From contig JBGTGT010000133.1 in the NCBI GenBank assembly GCA_041746575.1, positions 1 through 64,000 of the forward strand: a DNA stretch of 64,000 bases. Direction: 5' to 3'. Of this stretch, positions 20,382 through 32,294 are shown in pieces. Position 1 is the first letter of the stretch; the number at the start of each line of letters is the position of its first letter. Position numbers and translations under genes: made by a program. Origin of the DNA: Microcystaceae cyanobacterium (GTDB lineage: Bacteria; Cyanobacteriota; Cyanobacteriia; Cyanobacteriales; Microcystaceae). A model generated the notes under the pieces. That model worked only from the letters and a program-made list of their open reading frames with translations, ran no database searches and was not told the DNA's origin.

Positions 20382-22124
20382 TTATGCCAGAGAGAGTCCA
20401 GCACTTTCTAGGTATTCTAATAATTGGTTTTCAGAAATTTGAGAAATTCCTAAACGTTGTACTTTTTTGAGTTTATCTCCCGGACTTTTGGCCACCACTG
20501 CGTAATCGGTTTTGTTATTAGGAGAATTAGCGATTTTTCCGCCTGCTTCTTGAATTAGAGATTTAGCCCGCTCTCTTTCTATCTTTGATAATGCTCCTAA
20601 AATGACAATTGTTTTGCCTTGGAATTTGTTCTCTACTTTTACTGATTCTTTTTGGTTAAGTTGACTCTCTTCGTCGGGTTGTTTTTCTAAAGTCTCAGAC
20701 ACAAGTTTAGATTCAATTACTGGTTCTTTTTCGGATGGAATTATTTCTTCATTTTTCGGTGTCTTTGTCAAGCTTTCTTGACTGTCTTGCGGTTTTTTTT
20801 CTAGTTTTTTAAGTTCTTTCGTAAAGGTTTCAATTTCTTTTTGTAGCTTTTCAATTACTTGATCTTTTTTCTGAACAGTTTCCTGCAATTTTTGCTGTTC
20901 ATCAAGTTGTTTTGTCTGTTTTTCTTGATCTTTTTGTAACGCTTTCAATTGAGATTTAAGATCCTCTTCCGATTTTTGAGTTGTTTTTAGTTGCTTTTCA
21001 AGCGTTTTTAAAGCTTGATTACTTTGTTGTAATTCTTCAATTTTTGCCTGTAAGTCAGCTTCTCGTTTTTGAGTTGCTGTCATTTGCTTTTCAAGATGGA
21101 CAACTTTTTCAATTTTTTGTGTTTTCTCTTGTTGTAAGGTTTGAATCGTTTCCTGTAATTCGGCCTCTCGGTTTTTGGACTCATTTAATTGTTGCTCTAA
21201 ATGACCAAATCGTTCTCTTTCTTGTTGTAAGGTTTGAGTCGTTTCATGTAATTCAGCCTCTCGGTTTTTGGACTCATTTAATTGTTCTCTTTCTATTAAT
21301 TGTTCTCTTTCTATTTTTAACTCCTCTTGTAATTCTGAAATCGTTGATTGAGACGTTTTGAATTGCTTTTGGATTTCCTTTGCCTGACTTTCTGCTGTCG
21401 TTAACTGTTGTGTTAATTGCTCGCTTTTTGTTGTCAATTTTAGCAATATTTTCTCTTTCTGGGTAACGGTATCTTGCTGTTTTTCTAATTGTTTTTGTAG
21501 AGACTGGATCGCATTTTTCTCTTGATTTAATTGTTCTTGAATAGTTTGTTTTTCTTTTTTTAGTCCGTTAAGTTGCGCTTGAAACTCTTTCTCGAGTGCT
21601 TCTTTTTCTTGGAGAATACTTGTCAATTGATTTTGGGACGTTTTTTCTCGTTGATCTTTTTCGGATTGAATCTTCTTCAGATTTTTCTCTAAGTCAGCAA
21701 TCTGATATTCTGTTTGTTGAATTTGCTGTTTAAAGTCCGCTTCAGTTTTCTGTAATTGCTGAATTTCTTGAGTTGATTTTTTGATCTGTTGTTGATAGTC
21801 TTGTTTTGCCGTTTCCAAAGAATTTTCGAGGGATTGAATCGTTTCTTTACGTTCCAGAATTTGACTAACTAACGTTTCTTTTTCTGTTTCTAGCTGAGCA
21901 AGACTTAGCTTTGTTTGGTGTAAATTACCTTCTATTTGCATCCCGTTTTCATGCGCTTGACTTAACTCCTTTTCTAATTGAACTTGTGTATTTTTTAACT
22001 GTTCCTGTTGACTTAACAACTTTCCTTCTTGTTGAGAGACACCCATACGCCATAAACCAAAGGTTAATGATCCTATGAGTAAACCGATTACCCCAGCCAT
22101 TCCATAAACAAGCTCAGTCGTCAT
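20382..22124 (-). CDS. Membrane-anchored coiled-coil protein with C-terminal BRCT-like domain
   Basis: N-terminal TM helix and ~400 aa of Q/E/K heptads. The C-terminus FQGKTIVILGAL...RERAKSLIQEAGGKI.NS....TDYAVV...PGDKLKK...LGI.QISE resembles the LigA/RFC BRCT domain. Confidence 0.85.
   Translation of the reverse strand: MTTELVYGMAGVIGLLIGSLTFGLWRMGVSQQEGKLLSQQEQLKNTQVQLEKELSQAHENGMQIEGNLHQTKLSLAQLETEKETLVSQILERKETIQSLENSLETAKQDYQQQIKKSTQEIQQLQKTEADFKQQIQQTEYQIADLEKNLKKIQSEKDQREKTSQNQLTSILQEKEALEKEFQAQLNGLKKEKQTIQEQLNQEKNAIQSLQKQLEKQQDTVTQKEKILLKLTTKSEQLTQQLTTAESQAKEIQKQFKTSQSTISELQEELKIEREQLIEREQLNESKNREAELHETTQTLQQERERFGHLEQQLNESKNREAELQETIQTLQQEKTQKIEKVVHLEKQMTATQKREADLQAKIEELQQSNQALKTLEKQLKTTQKSEEDLKSQLKALQKDQEKQTKQLDEQQKLQETVQKKDQVIEKLQKEIETFTKELKKLEKKPQDSQESLTKTPKNEEIIPSEKEPVIESKLVSETLEKQPDEESQLNQKESVKVENKFQGKTIVILGALSKIERERAKSLIQEAGGKIANSPNNKTDYAVVAKSPGDKLKKVQRLGISQISENQLLEYLESAGLSLA
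21127..21315 (-). repeat. Intragenic 93-bp (31-aa) tandem duplication plus an 18-bp duplication
   Basis: QLNESKNREAEL(H/Q)ET(T/I)QTLQQE occurs twice with near-identical DNA; IEREQL occurs twice. Confidence 0.85.
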
Positions 22125-22290
22125 TTGTTTTCTCCTATTAACACCAGCACGAAAGCCTTCTTATCTCTTGAGCTTTAATGCTATCTACTATTTATATCAA
22201 TTTAACGATCTTTTCTTAAACTTTAGGGATTAAAAACTTACAAAACTTAATACCTTCTTAACCCAAATCGGGGAATTTCGAGGCATTAGC

Positions 22291-23442
22291 TTAGAATGAC
22301 ATTGCAGAAAGATTGCCACTCTCTACCGTCAGAATCTGCGAAGATTTTAACCATTCTGCATCAAAAGAGTGTAAATGCGTGGTCGTAATAAGGGTTTGAT
22401 AGCGATCTTGAATCGTTTCTAATAAATGATTTTGTCTTTGGGGATCTAATTCTGCTAAAACATCATCTAACAATAATAAAGGAGGTTCTCCAATCACATC
22501 TTCAATTAACTGCAATTCAGCTAATTTTAAGGCTAACACAAGAGTTCGCTGCTGTCCTTGAGAGCCATAAGATTTAGCGGGTGTCTCGTTAATAATAAAG
22601 AGTATATCATCTCGATGGGGTCCGACAAGGGTTGTCCCTAGTTGTTGTTCTGCGAGGCGACGCTGTTCAATTTTACCTAAAAAGGCGTCTTTTACTTGCG
22701 TAGGATCGTCTTCTTGCCAGTCAACATTAGGTTTATAAATGATTTCTAATTTTTCCGTTTGGTTACTAATATTTCTATGGATCGCTTGTGCAAGAGGCGT
22801 TAAACGGTGTATTACTCTTGATCGTCTTCTTGTAATACGAGATCCCATTTCCGCTAACTGATAATCCCAGAGTCTTAATTGGGTTATATCACTTGCTTCA
22901 TCGTTAAATTGAGACAAATTTCTCTCTTTCTTGCGCATTGCTTTAAGAAGAGCGTTCCTTTGGCGTAAAATGTGAGTATATTGCTGAAGAATGTAGGCAT
23001 AAAGGGGTTCAAGCTGAGTGACTAAGGTATCCAACCAAAGACGTCGGTTATCGGGTGATCCTCTCACTAAATCCAAGTCTAGACTGGAAAAGATAACCCC
23101 ATTTAACATTCCCAAAAAGTCCATCTGTCGCCGCATAACTTCGTAATTAAGACTTAGGGTTCTTTTACCTGTTTCTCGGAGAATAATGCTCAAATCAACT
23201 GTTCCGTACTTTCTTTCTAAGTTTGCTTGTATATAACCGATGTTTTCTCCTTCTGACACCAATTCTCGATCACGACTCACTCGATGACTTTTAAGAGTTG
23301 CCAAGAGTTCTACCGATTCGAGTAAATTGGATTTGCCTTGGGCATTATTTCCCAGTAAAATTGTTTTTTGTCCCTCAAATCGAATAAATTGATCCAGATA
23401 ATTGCGAAATGAGCGTAAATGCAAAGTTTTTAGATACATCAA
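22291..23442 (-). CDS. recF: DNA replication/repair protein RecF
   Basis: FRNY, GNNAQGKSN Walker A, GPHRDD, GSQGQQR and LLLDDVLAELD motifs. Confidence 0.97.
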   Translation of the reverse strand: MMYLKTLHLRSFRNYLDQFIRFEGQKTILLGNNAQGKSNLLESVELLATLKSHRVSRDRELVSEGENIGYIQANLERKYGTVDLSIILRETGKRTLSLNYEVMRRQMDFLGMLNGVIFSSLDLDLVRGSPDNRRLWLDTLVTQLEPLYAYILQQYTHILRQRNALLKAMRKKERNLSQFNDEASDITQLRLWDYQLAEMGSRITRRRSRVIHRLTPLAQAIHRNISNQTEKLEIIYKPNVDWQEDDPTQVKDAFLGKIEQRRLAEQQLGTTLVGPHRDDILFIINETPAKSYGSQGQQRTLVLALKLAELQLIEDVIGEPPLLLLDDVLAELDPQRQNHLLETIQDRYQTLITTTHLHSFDAEWLKSSQILTVESGNLSAMSF

Positions 23443-23445
23443 CCC

Positions 23446-23500
23446 GTAATCAGTGACCCGTTTAACAGTAACCAGTGACCAGTTTAACAGTAATCAGTAA
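23446..23500. repeat. Short tandem (STRR-like) intergenic repeat
   Basis: CAGTGACC(C/A)GTTTAACAGTAA(C/T) twice with a 22-bp period, built of CAGT(A/G)A(C/T) heptamers. Confidence 0.65.
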
Positions 23501-23551
23501 AATTAAAGAAGAGAAATTATCCAATCATTAATCTAACATTCAAAATTTAAA

Positions 23552-24673
23552 ATGCATTATCGAAGATTTGGCAAAACGGATCTCTTTCTCTCATTATTTT
23601 CTTTAGGAATGATGCGCTGTTTAGCGTCTCCTGAAATCTTAGAAAAGACAGTAAAAAAGGCGATTGATTTAGGAATTAATCACATTGAAACGGCTCAAGG
23701 ATATGGCAAAAGTGAGGAATATTTAGGGTTAATTTTACCGACTTTAGCCAGAGAAAAAATATATATCACCACCAAATTAACCCCCACGTCCGATCCCTCT
23801 TTAATAGAACAATCTCTTGATCAATCTTTAGAAAGATTAAAAGTTTCTTATGTTGATTGTTTAGCTGTTCATGGTATTAATACGCCAGAGCATTTGAAAA
23901 TTATCACTCAAGAGAAAGGCTGTCTAAACGTCTTACAAAAAGCCCTGAATGACGGCAGAATAAAACATTTAGGTTTCTCAACTCATGGCAGTTTAGCGTT
24001 AATTTTAGAAGCAATCAAAACCGACTTATTTGAATTTATCAACTTACATTATTACTATTTTTTTCAGCGAAATAATCCTGCGATTGACTTAGCTATTCAA
24101 AAAGACATGGGAATTTTTATTATTTCTCCTGCTGATAAAGGCGGTCAATTATATACCCCTAGTAAGACCTTGAAAGACTTATGTAAACCCTTTTCTCCTT
24201 TACATTTAACCTATCGTTTTTTATTAAGCGATCGCCGCATTACTACCCTTAGTTTAGGCGCAGAAAACGAAAGTGAATTGATTGAACCTTTGAAGTTATC
24301 TGAGCAAGATTATCCTTTAACACCACAAGAATCAGCGATTTTTTACAAACTAGAACAACAGCAAGAAACCCAATTAAATACCGATCTTTGTCGTCAATGT
24401 TATCAATGTTTACCCTGTCCAGAAAAAATTAATATTCCCGAAATATTGCGCTTGAGAAATTTAAGTATTGCCTATGACATGGTTAATTTTGGACAGTATC
24501 GCTATGGAATGTTAGAGAATGCAGGACATTGGTTTGCAGGAAAAAAAGGGGATAAATGCACAGAATGTGGTGACTGTTTACCCCGTTGTCCAGAAAACTT
24601 AAAAATTCCCTCATTATTACAGGATAGTCATCAACGTTTAAACGGATCATCTCGTCGCCGTTTATGGGATTAA
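23552..24673 (+). CDS. Aldo/keto reductase with C-terminal 4Fe-4S domain
   Basis: YRRFGKT, ETAQGY and LGFSTH; CRQCYQCLPCP and CTECGDCLPRCP. Confidence 0.92.
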   Translation: MHYRRFGKTDLFLSLFSLGMMRCLASPEILEKTVKKAIDLGINHIETAQGYGKSEEYLGLILPTLAREKIYITTKLTPTSDPSLIEQSLDQSLERLKVSYVDCLAVHGINTPEHLKIITQEKGCLNVLQKALNDGRIKHLGFSTHGSLALILEAIKTDLFEFINLHYYYFFQRNNPAIDLAIQKDMGIFIISPADKGGQLYTPSKTLKDLCKPFSPLHLTYRFLLSDRRITTLSLGAENESELIEPLKLSEQDYPLTPQESAIFYKLEQQQETQLNTDLCRQCYQCLPCPEKINIPEILRLRNLSIAYDMVNFGQYRYGMLENAGHWFAGKKGDKCTECGDCLPRCPENLKIPSLLQDSHQRLNGSSRRRLWD

Positions 24674-24964
24674 TTTAAGAAAGAATACTGCCTACTATTT
24701 CTACAGTTATACAGTTAACTGTAATTTAGAGAAACATTAATAAATTGTATTCAATCAATAGACCCTATAGATAGATGATATCTGAATCAAAATAGAGGAA
24801 ACTAGAAGGAATTATAGCAGATCGCCAGTCGATTCGAGTACATTAGAAAAAAGACAGTTTTGATTGATTTTCTGTTGACTACTTCCCCAAAACCTAGAAT
24901 TTTGTATCTTATTAAATCGTTATCTGCTGTAAATATTTAATTTACCGTTGGAGGTAAGAACACT

Positions 24965-25483
24965 TTGTTAAATGCTCCTAGCTATTTACTTAACACCTTG
25001 ATTGTTGGTATTTCCGCTTATATCAGTGCTATTTTTTTACTTCGTTTGTCTGGTAAACGCACGTTATCAAAGTGGAATGCTTTTGATTTTGTCGTGACAA
25101 TTGCGTTAGGTTCTATCTTAGCCACCACCCTTGTCTCTACTAAAACATCTTTCTTTCAAGGAATGCTAGCCTTTAGTGTGTTGATCTTCTTTCAATATAT
25201 TATTACTTGGATAGCCGTTCGCTCTCCCGTTGTACAGAAATTTATTAAAGCAGAACCCACTTTGCTATTGTACCAAGGAAAATTGCAATATTCTGTCCTT
25301 AAGCAGGAACGAGTGAATGAAGCAGAAGTTTTTGCTGCTTTACGCTCTCAGGGAGTAGCATCGACAGAGACAGTGGAAGCCGTTATCTTAGAAACAGATG
25401 GCAGCTTTAGTGTTATTAAACAGGTCGGAAATGACCCTCATTCAACTTTGTCGGCTTTGAAGGATGTTAAAGGTTTCAGTTAA
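24965..25483 (+). CDS. DUF421/YetF family membrane protein
   Basis: RLSGKRTLSK.NAFDFVVTIALGS and AVILETDGSFSVI motifs. Confidence 0.9.
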   Translation: MLNAPSYLLNTLIVGISAYISAIFLLRLSGKRTLSKWNAFDFVVTIALGSILATTLVSTKTSFFQGMLAFSVLIFFQYIITWIAVRSPVVQKFIKAEPTLLLYQGKLQYSVLKQERVNEAEVFAALRSQGVASTETVEAVILETDGSFSVIKQVGNDPHSTLSALKDVKGFS

Positions 25484-25534
25484 TTGTTATTCTTTCCGTT
25501 TTCAGTTAAACTCTATTTTGCTTTATAATGCTGA

Positions 25535-26395
25535 TCAATTTAATATTTTCATACTAATATCCAACCAATGAGACTGAGTAATCGTAGCACTACTAGAGAT
25601 ATAATCAACTCCTGTTTGTGCAACGGAACGTAACGTTTTTAAAGTAATATTGCCAGAGGCTTCTATCTTAATCTTTGGATTCGTTTGGCGAATCATTTCA
25701 ACCGCCTTTCTCATCAATTCTAAATCCATATTATCTAACATAATAATATCCGCGTGACAGTCTAGAGCATCTTGGACTTCTGCAAGCGTACTGGTTTCCA
25801 CTTCAATCGTTAGAGGATAAGGCATATTTGAACGAATTTGAGTAATAGCAGTTTTAATACTACCTACTGCTTGAATATGGTTATCTTTAATCATAACAGC
25901 ATCATCCAAACCCAGCCGATGATTCACAGCACCCCCCAGTTGCGAGGCGTATTTTTCTAGGATACGATGGCCAGGGGTTGTTTTGCGAGTATCTACGAAT
26001 TGAGTGGGCAAATTTGCAATTTCTTGAGTATAACAGTGGGTTAAGCTGGCAATTCCACTCAGCCGCATCAAAAGATTCAGTGCCACTCTTTCTCCCATGA
26101 GTAAACTATCTAAAGAGCCATTTATTTCGGCAAGGGGTTGATTAGATGTCACTGTTTCCCCTTCCTTGATAAGAGGAGTAAATTGGATAGAGGGATCAAG
26201 TAAATAAAAGATTCGATTTGCAATAGGTAATCCCGCAATCAAACCCTCTGCTTTAGCCGTTAAAACAGCTTTTTTTGCTGATAATTGCTGAGTTAAGAGT
26301 CCTTGCGTCGTGCGATCGCCCCGTCCGATGTCTTCTTGTAACCACTGTCTGAAGAGAGAATCCAAGATCAGCCAAGGGGGTAAAGAAAATGCCAT
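25535..26395 (-). CDS. nadC: Nicotinate-nucleotide diphosphorylase (QPRTase)
   Basis: EDIGRGDRTT, DTRKTTPG, NHRLGL, IKDNH, MLDN and EASGNIT motifs; ATG at 26395 preferred. Confidence 0.96.
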   Translation of the reverse strand: MAFSLPPWLILDSLFRQWLQEDIGRGDRTTQGLLTQQLSAKKAVLTAKAEGLIAGLPIANRIFYLLDPSIQFTPLIKEGETVTSNQPLAEINGSLDSLLMGERVALNLLMRLSGIASLTHCYTQEIANLPTQFVDTRKTTPGHRILEKYASQLGGAVNHRLGLDDAVMIKDNHIQAVGSIKTAITQIRSNMPYPLTIEVETSTLAEVQDALDCHADIIMLDNMDLELMRKAVEMIRQTNPKIKIEASGNITLKTLRSVAQTGVDYISSSATITQSHWLDISMKILN

Positions 26396-26502
26396 GTTAT
26401 AATCCCTAAAACGTCCTAGGAAAATCATAGCAGAAAGGTTACATCCATTCTATATTGGCAATTTCGGCGTTATTATCCCTTAAAATTAAATTTTATTGGT
26501 CT

Positions 26503-27393
26503 ATGTTGAATCCATTAATGAATACAATTATTGAGAGTTTACAAGATATTCTCAGTAGTCTTATTAAACTTATTCCCGCTTTACTCACGGCATTAATCAT
26601 TTTGTTTTTAACCCGATATGCCGCCCAGTTTTTACAAAAATTGAGTGAAAAAATTGGTTCAAAAGTCCTCAAAAGTTATTCATTACAATCCCTTTTTGCG
26701 AAAACATCCTATGTCTTAGCTTGGGTAATAGGCGTTATTCTGGCGGGAGTTGTTGCTTTTCCGGGCTTAAATCTAGGGGATGTGGTAGCAACTTTAGGAT
26801 TAGGCTCAGTTGCCGTTGGTTTTGCTTTTCAAGACATCTTTAAAAACTTCTTAGCAGGCATTTTATTATTAGTGCAAGAACCCTTTCAAATTGGCGATCA
26901 AATTATCGTTGACGACTACGAAGGAACAGTGGAAAGAATTGATATTCGTACAACGAAAATTCGGACGTACCAAGGGGAGCGAATTCTAGTGCCGAATTCA
27001 ACCATTTTTACCAGTGCTGTCCAAGTCAGAACAGCTTATGAATCCCGCAGAACGGATTTAGCCGTTGGAGTAGATTATAATACGCCTTTAAGCGAAGCTA
27101 GACAAATTTTATTGCGTTCTATTCAACAAGTTGAAGGGGTTTTAACGCATCCTCAAGCGGAAATAGATTTAGTTGGATTTGGGGATAGTTCGATTGATTT
27201 TATTGTTAGATATTGGACAAAACCGCAACAGGCAAACGTACGTCAAGCGCAAACTAAAGCGATGATTCAAATTAAGCAAGCATTAGATAAAGCGGGAATT
27301 AGTATTCCTTATCCTATTCGGACATTGTACTTTTATGATCAACAAAAGTTTAACGAATATATGAATCAGGATGATAGCCAAAATGCGGCCTGA
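26503..27393 (+). CDS. mscS: Small-conductance mechanosensitive channel family protein
   Basis: Three TM helices; GFAFQDIFKNFLAG, PFQIGDQI, VPNS and FGDSSI motifs. Start uncertain. Confidence 0.92.
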   Translation: MLNPLMNTIIESLQDILSSLIKLIPALLTALIILFLTRYAAQFLQKLSEKIGSKVLKSYSLQSLFAKTSYVLAWVIGVILAGVVAFPGLNLGDVVATLGLGSVAVGFAFQDIFKNFLAGILLLVQEPFQIGDQIIVDDYEGTVERIDIRTTKIRTYQGERILVPNSTIFTSAVQVRTAYESRRTDLAVGVDYNTPLSEARQILLRSIQQVEGVLTHPQAEIDLVGFGDSSIDFIVRYWTKPQQANVRQAQTKAMIQIKQALDKAGISIPYPIRTLYFYDQQKFNEYMNQDDSQNAA

Positions 27394-27486
27394 GTAACGT
27401 AAAAAATATTAAGGATGATTAAGTGTGAATTGACTGCTTCCTGCGTCAAAACAACAGGGATTATGATTGATAAATATAAAGAATCC

Positions 27487-29997
27487 CTAACTGACTTTCT
27501 GTCGAAAAGGACGTTTTTTTGCCGTAAAACGGGGTAAATGTTGAGACTCTAACCGTTCATTACCCCCTAAGAAAAATAACCAGACAATGACGGCTATCCA
27601 ATGAATAAACGTGATACTCCAAAGAGAACCCGTAAAGCGGTAGGCGACCGTGCAAGCTAACCCTAATAAACCTGTTAAAATCAGAAAAATTGGCTTCAAA
27701 AAGGTCGGATAACCCCGACTATACAAAGTGACAGCATTTAGGGGATGATAAACCATAAAAATGATAATCCCTAGTAATGCCCATGTATTCCAAAGGTCAG
27801 AGGGAACGTCTTCGAGAGGATGGGGAAGCCATGCGACTCTCATGATTAATTCTTCCAACAACGCAGGGGTAAAGAAAGCAATGAACGCACCTTTAAGTAA
27901 AGCGAAGTTATTAATATTTTGACCTGACCAGCGTAAGAAACCCGTTGTAAAACCAATAATTAAAGCAACTATCCCATAGACGAGTAAAATTCCCCCTGTT
28001 ATCAGCCAACCTTGTCCCTTCGGAAATATTAAACTCCCCATCAACATCCGACGCGCCGCCACAGAAACAATCGGTACTTCGCCAAAAAGTGAAGTAGGAG
28101 CGATAGGAACAATTGTTCTATCCCATCCTCCAATTTGATTGGTGCGTATAAAATGCAACTTTGCTCTATTTTCCAGAAAAATATGGCTGATAAGGTCATG
28201 ACTTTCCCTCGGTAACATCGAATGCCAGCTTAATAGGGCATTTCCAATGGTTTCCTCTTGAATAAAGGCATATTTCTTTGTTTGTTTAATCCCTGCCAAT
28301 GTATCCGCATTTTGTTGCCAATCTGGGCGTACCACTTGTTTCGGTACAAGTTTCGCTTCCAATTGTCCAAAAAGACTAGCAAAACGATAAAATCGTAATG
28401 TTTGAGCATCTTCTGGCTTATTTTGCAACCAATCTAAGATTTCTGGTTTTTGTTCAACTTTTTGTTTGAGTAAGCTTAGGGCAATATACAACGCCTGATT
28501 AGAATCTTGAACGCAAGACGCCGCTGGAGTAACGCTAGCGTTTCCTGTGCCATCTCCTGTGCGATAACGGGCGGCCATGACCTTTAATTGACTTATCAAT
28601 TCATTTAGCGGCGAAAAAACCACCCCCTTAAAATTATAATCCGCCATCACGTCCGCATGAACAATCACATCAGAAACGGGACGAGTGTAACTCCATCCCC
28701 TTTGTAGATTGCCCATGTAATTTTGCCAAGAATGGGTACCAGAAATAATTCCTGCCGGATTATGGGCATAAATCTGCTGATATTCCAGATTATATTGCAA
28801 TTCTTTGGTAAAGGGGTCGCGAATCACTTCAGCAATACCATAGGAAAAATGACCTGTTACTGTGCCTAATAATGCAGATTCACCTTTTTGCCCCCCAATT
28901 CCACCAAAAGTATGAATTATTAAAGATTTATCTCCTTCTTTTATTTTATTTTGTGTATAATCTTCAATTTCAACTAAAGAGCGTTCACTTTTTCCTTTAC
29001 GACGAGGGGTATCTTGCCAATTCTGAGTATTAATATAATAGGAAGCGGCATATTCTCCCATTATTGTTTGTTCTGGACTCAATTGAAAGAGTAATCTGGG
29101 TTTTAAAGCTTGAACCGTAAAGATACCTTCTTGATCCTTGGCCCCATAAATATACCATCCTTTTTCCCCGACTAATGATGATTCTAATTGATAGGGAGTC
29201 GAATAAAAACGCCCTGTGCTGGATAGGGGTTGCTGAGGAATGCGAATAATTTCTTTTTCTCCGTCAAATCGCTCTGTTTTCGTATTATAATGCACCACTT
29301 CAAAATATTCACTGCTACAGGGGGAGACACCCGGACAGGTTTCAGGTACACTTCCTTTGGAGACTGAACCGATAATCTCGACAAGTCCCACAAAGCGTCC
29401 AGTTATCATAATCGGCGGAATTTCGATTTTTAAAAAGATTTTCCCTGTTCTGTTGAGATATGACTGAACATCTTTTAATTTTACGACAACATCGTCCTTG
29501 GGTCTTGCCCCTGCTAAAGATTGCAAAGGTCCAACCTGAGAACGACCATTTAAGCGAATTGGATTCACATTGCCACGGCGGACGCTTTTTTTGGCCGCCT
29601 CATCAAAACGAATATCTGTCGTAACCAACTTAATATAATCGTTTAATTCAGGCTTATCTTGCCAAGTCAAAGCTAATTTTTGCCCAATTAACCCTTTATT
29701 CGGCGCATTATAAATTTCTATCCATACCCCATCTAATCCTGTAAATTGCGCTTGCATTTCTGCAGGAGTAGGCAAAATAAGACGACCTAGCCAGTCTCCA
29801 TTGGGTTTGTACCATTTTTCATCAACCGCTTGCTGTAAAGGGTAAAATTCGAGTTGATTAAAGGACGCTTGAGACGTTACCCCATAATCAGATTGAGATG
29901 ACGGTTTTTCGGAGGGAGAATTAAGCCAAAATAAAACAATACTAACTAAAATAGCAATAATTACCGCAGGAATCCAAAAGCGTCGCTGATTCAACAT
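27487..29997 (-). CDS. Large protein with C-terminal CPBP (Abi/type II CAAX) intramembrane protease domain
   Basis: N-terminal TM helix and ~620-aa soluble region; C-terminal TMs carry EELIMR, FMVYH and FIHW motifs. Confidence 0.85.
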   Translation of the reverse strand: MLNQRRFWIPAVIIAILVSIVLFWLNSPSEKPSSQSDYGVTSQASFNQLEFYPLQQAVDEKWYKPNGDWLGRLILPTPAEMQAQFTGLDGVWIEIYNAPNKGLIGQKLALTWQDKPELNDYIKLVTTDIRFDEAAKKSVRRGNVNPIRLNGRSQVGPLQSLAGARPKDDVVVKLKDVQSYLNRTGKIFLKIEIPPIMITGRFVGLVEIIGSVSKGSVPETCPGVSPCSSEYFEVVHYNTKTERFDGEKEIIRIPQQPLSSTGRFYSTPYQLESSLVGEKGWYIYGAKDQEGIFTVQALKPRLLFQLSPEQTIMGEYAASYYINTQNWQDTPRRKGKSERSLVEIEDYTQNKIKEGDKSLIIHTFGGIGGQKGESALLGTVTGHFSYGIAEVIRDPFTKELQYNLEYQQIYAHNPAGIISGTHSWQNYMGNLQRGWSYTRPVSDVIVHADVMADYNFKGVVFSPLNELISQLKVMAARYRTGDGTGNASVTPAASCVQDSNQALYIALSLLKQKVEQKPEILDWLQNKPEDAQTLRFYRFASLFGQLEAKLVPKQVVRPDWQQNADTLAGIKQTKKYAFIQEETIGNALLSWHSMLPRESHDLISHIFLENRAKLHFIRTNQIGGWDRTIVPIAPTSLFGEVPIVSVAARRMLMGSLIFPKGQGWLITGGILLVYGIVALIIGFTTGFLRWSGQNINNFALLKGAFIAFFTPALLEELIMRVAWLPHPLEDVPSDLWNTWALLGIIIFMVYHPLNAVTLYSRGYPTFLKPIFLILTGLLGLACTVAYRFTGSLWSITFIHWIAVIVWLFFLGGNERLESQHLPRFTAKKRPFRQKVS

Positions 29998-30091
29998 TTT
30001 ATCTCAAAGGTGGGAGGACGTTAGCGTTAATAATTAAGTTAGGGATCCAGAAAAGAGTCAATATTTCAGATTTTTGGGCGCAGGCTGTTGT

Positions 30092-31800
<1,709 letters not shown>

Positions 31801-31912
31801 GTCATTATATCGAATGTTAGCAAGAGCGATCGCTTTGCTTATTCCTCAGGGAGTGAAGGAGATGTTTTACAATGATTAACGTTAATTGATCAACAAAAGG
31901 CTAGGTAAAACG

Positions 31913-32251
31913 ATGAATGACGACTTAACCAAACGCAAACTGCTTTCAGCCCTTAGTCATGGTTCAATCTTTTTTAGTGCAACCTTCGTTTCAGTGGGAA
32001 TTCCGTTGGCTCTCCTCTTCATTTCTGACGATGAAATCGTGAGAGGGAATGCCACAGAAGCCCTGAATTTCCATTTTAATGTGTGGCTTTATGGTATTAT
32101 TTTTGGCATCCTCACCCTCATTTTGATTGGCTGGGTCTTGTTAGCGATTTTAGGAGTTTTCAACCTTATTATGCCCATTATTGGCATTTTAAGCGTTTGG
32201 AAGAATCCTAATTCTGTCTATCGTTATCCTTTTATCTTCCGCATTCTTTAA
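31913..32251 (+). CDS. DUF4870/Tic20-like membrane protein
   Basis: LSALSH...EALNF...YRYPF pattern with three TM helices. Confidence 0.85.
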   Translation: MNDDLTKRKLLSALSHGSIFFSATFVSVGIPLALLFISDDEIVRGNATEALNFHFNVWLYGIIFGILTLILIGWVLLAILGVFNLIMPIIGILSVWKNPNSVYRYPFIFRIL

Positions 32252-32294
32252 CGAAGGTAATACCCGAAAGAACTTTCAACTTTTTTGACTCACT

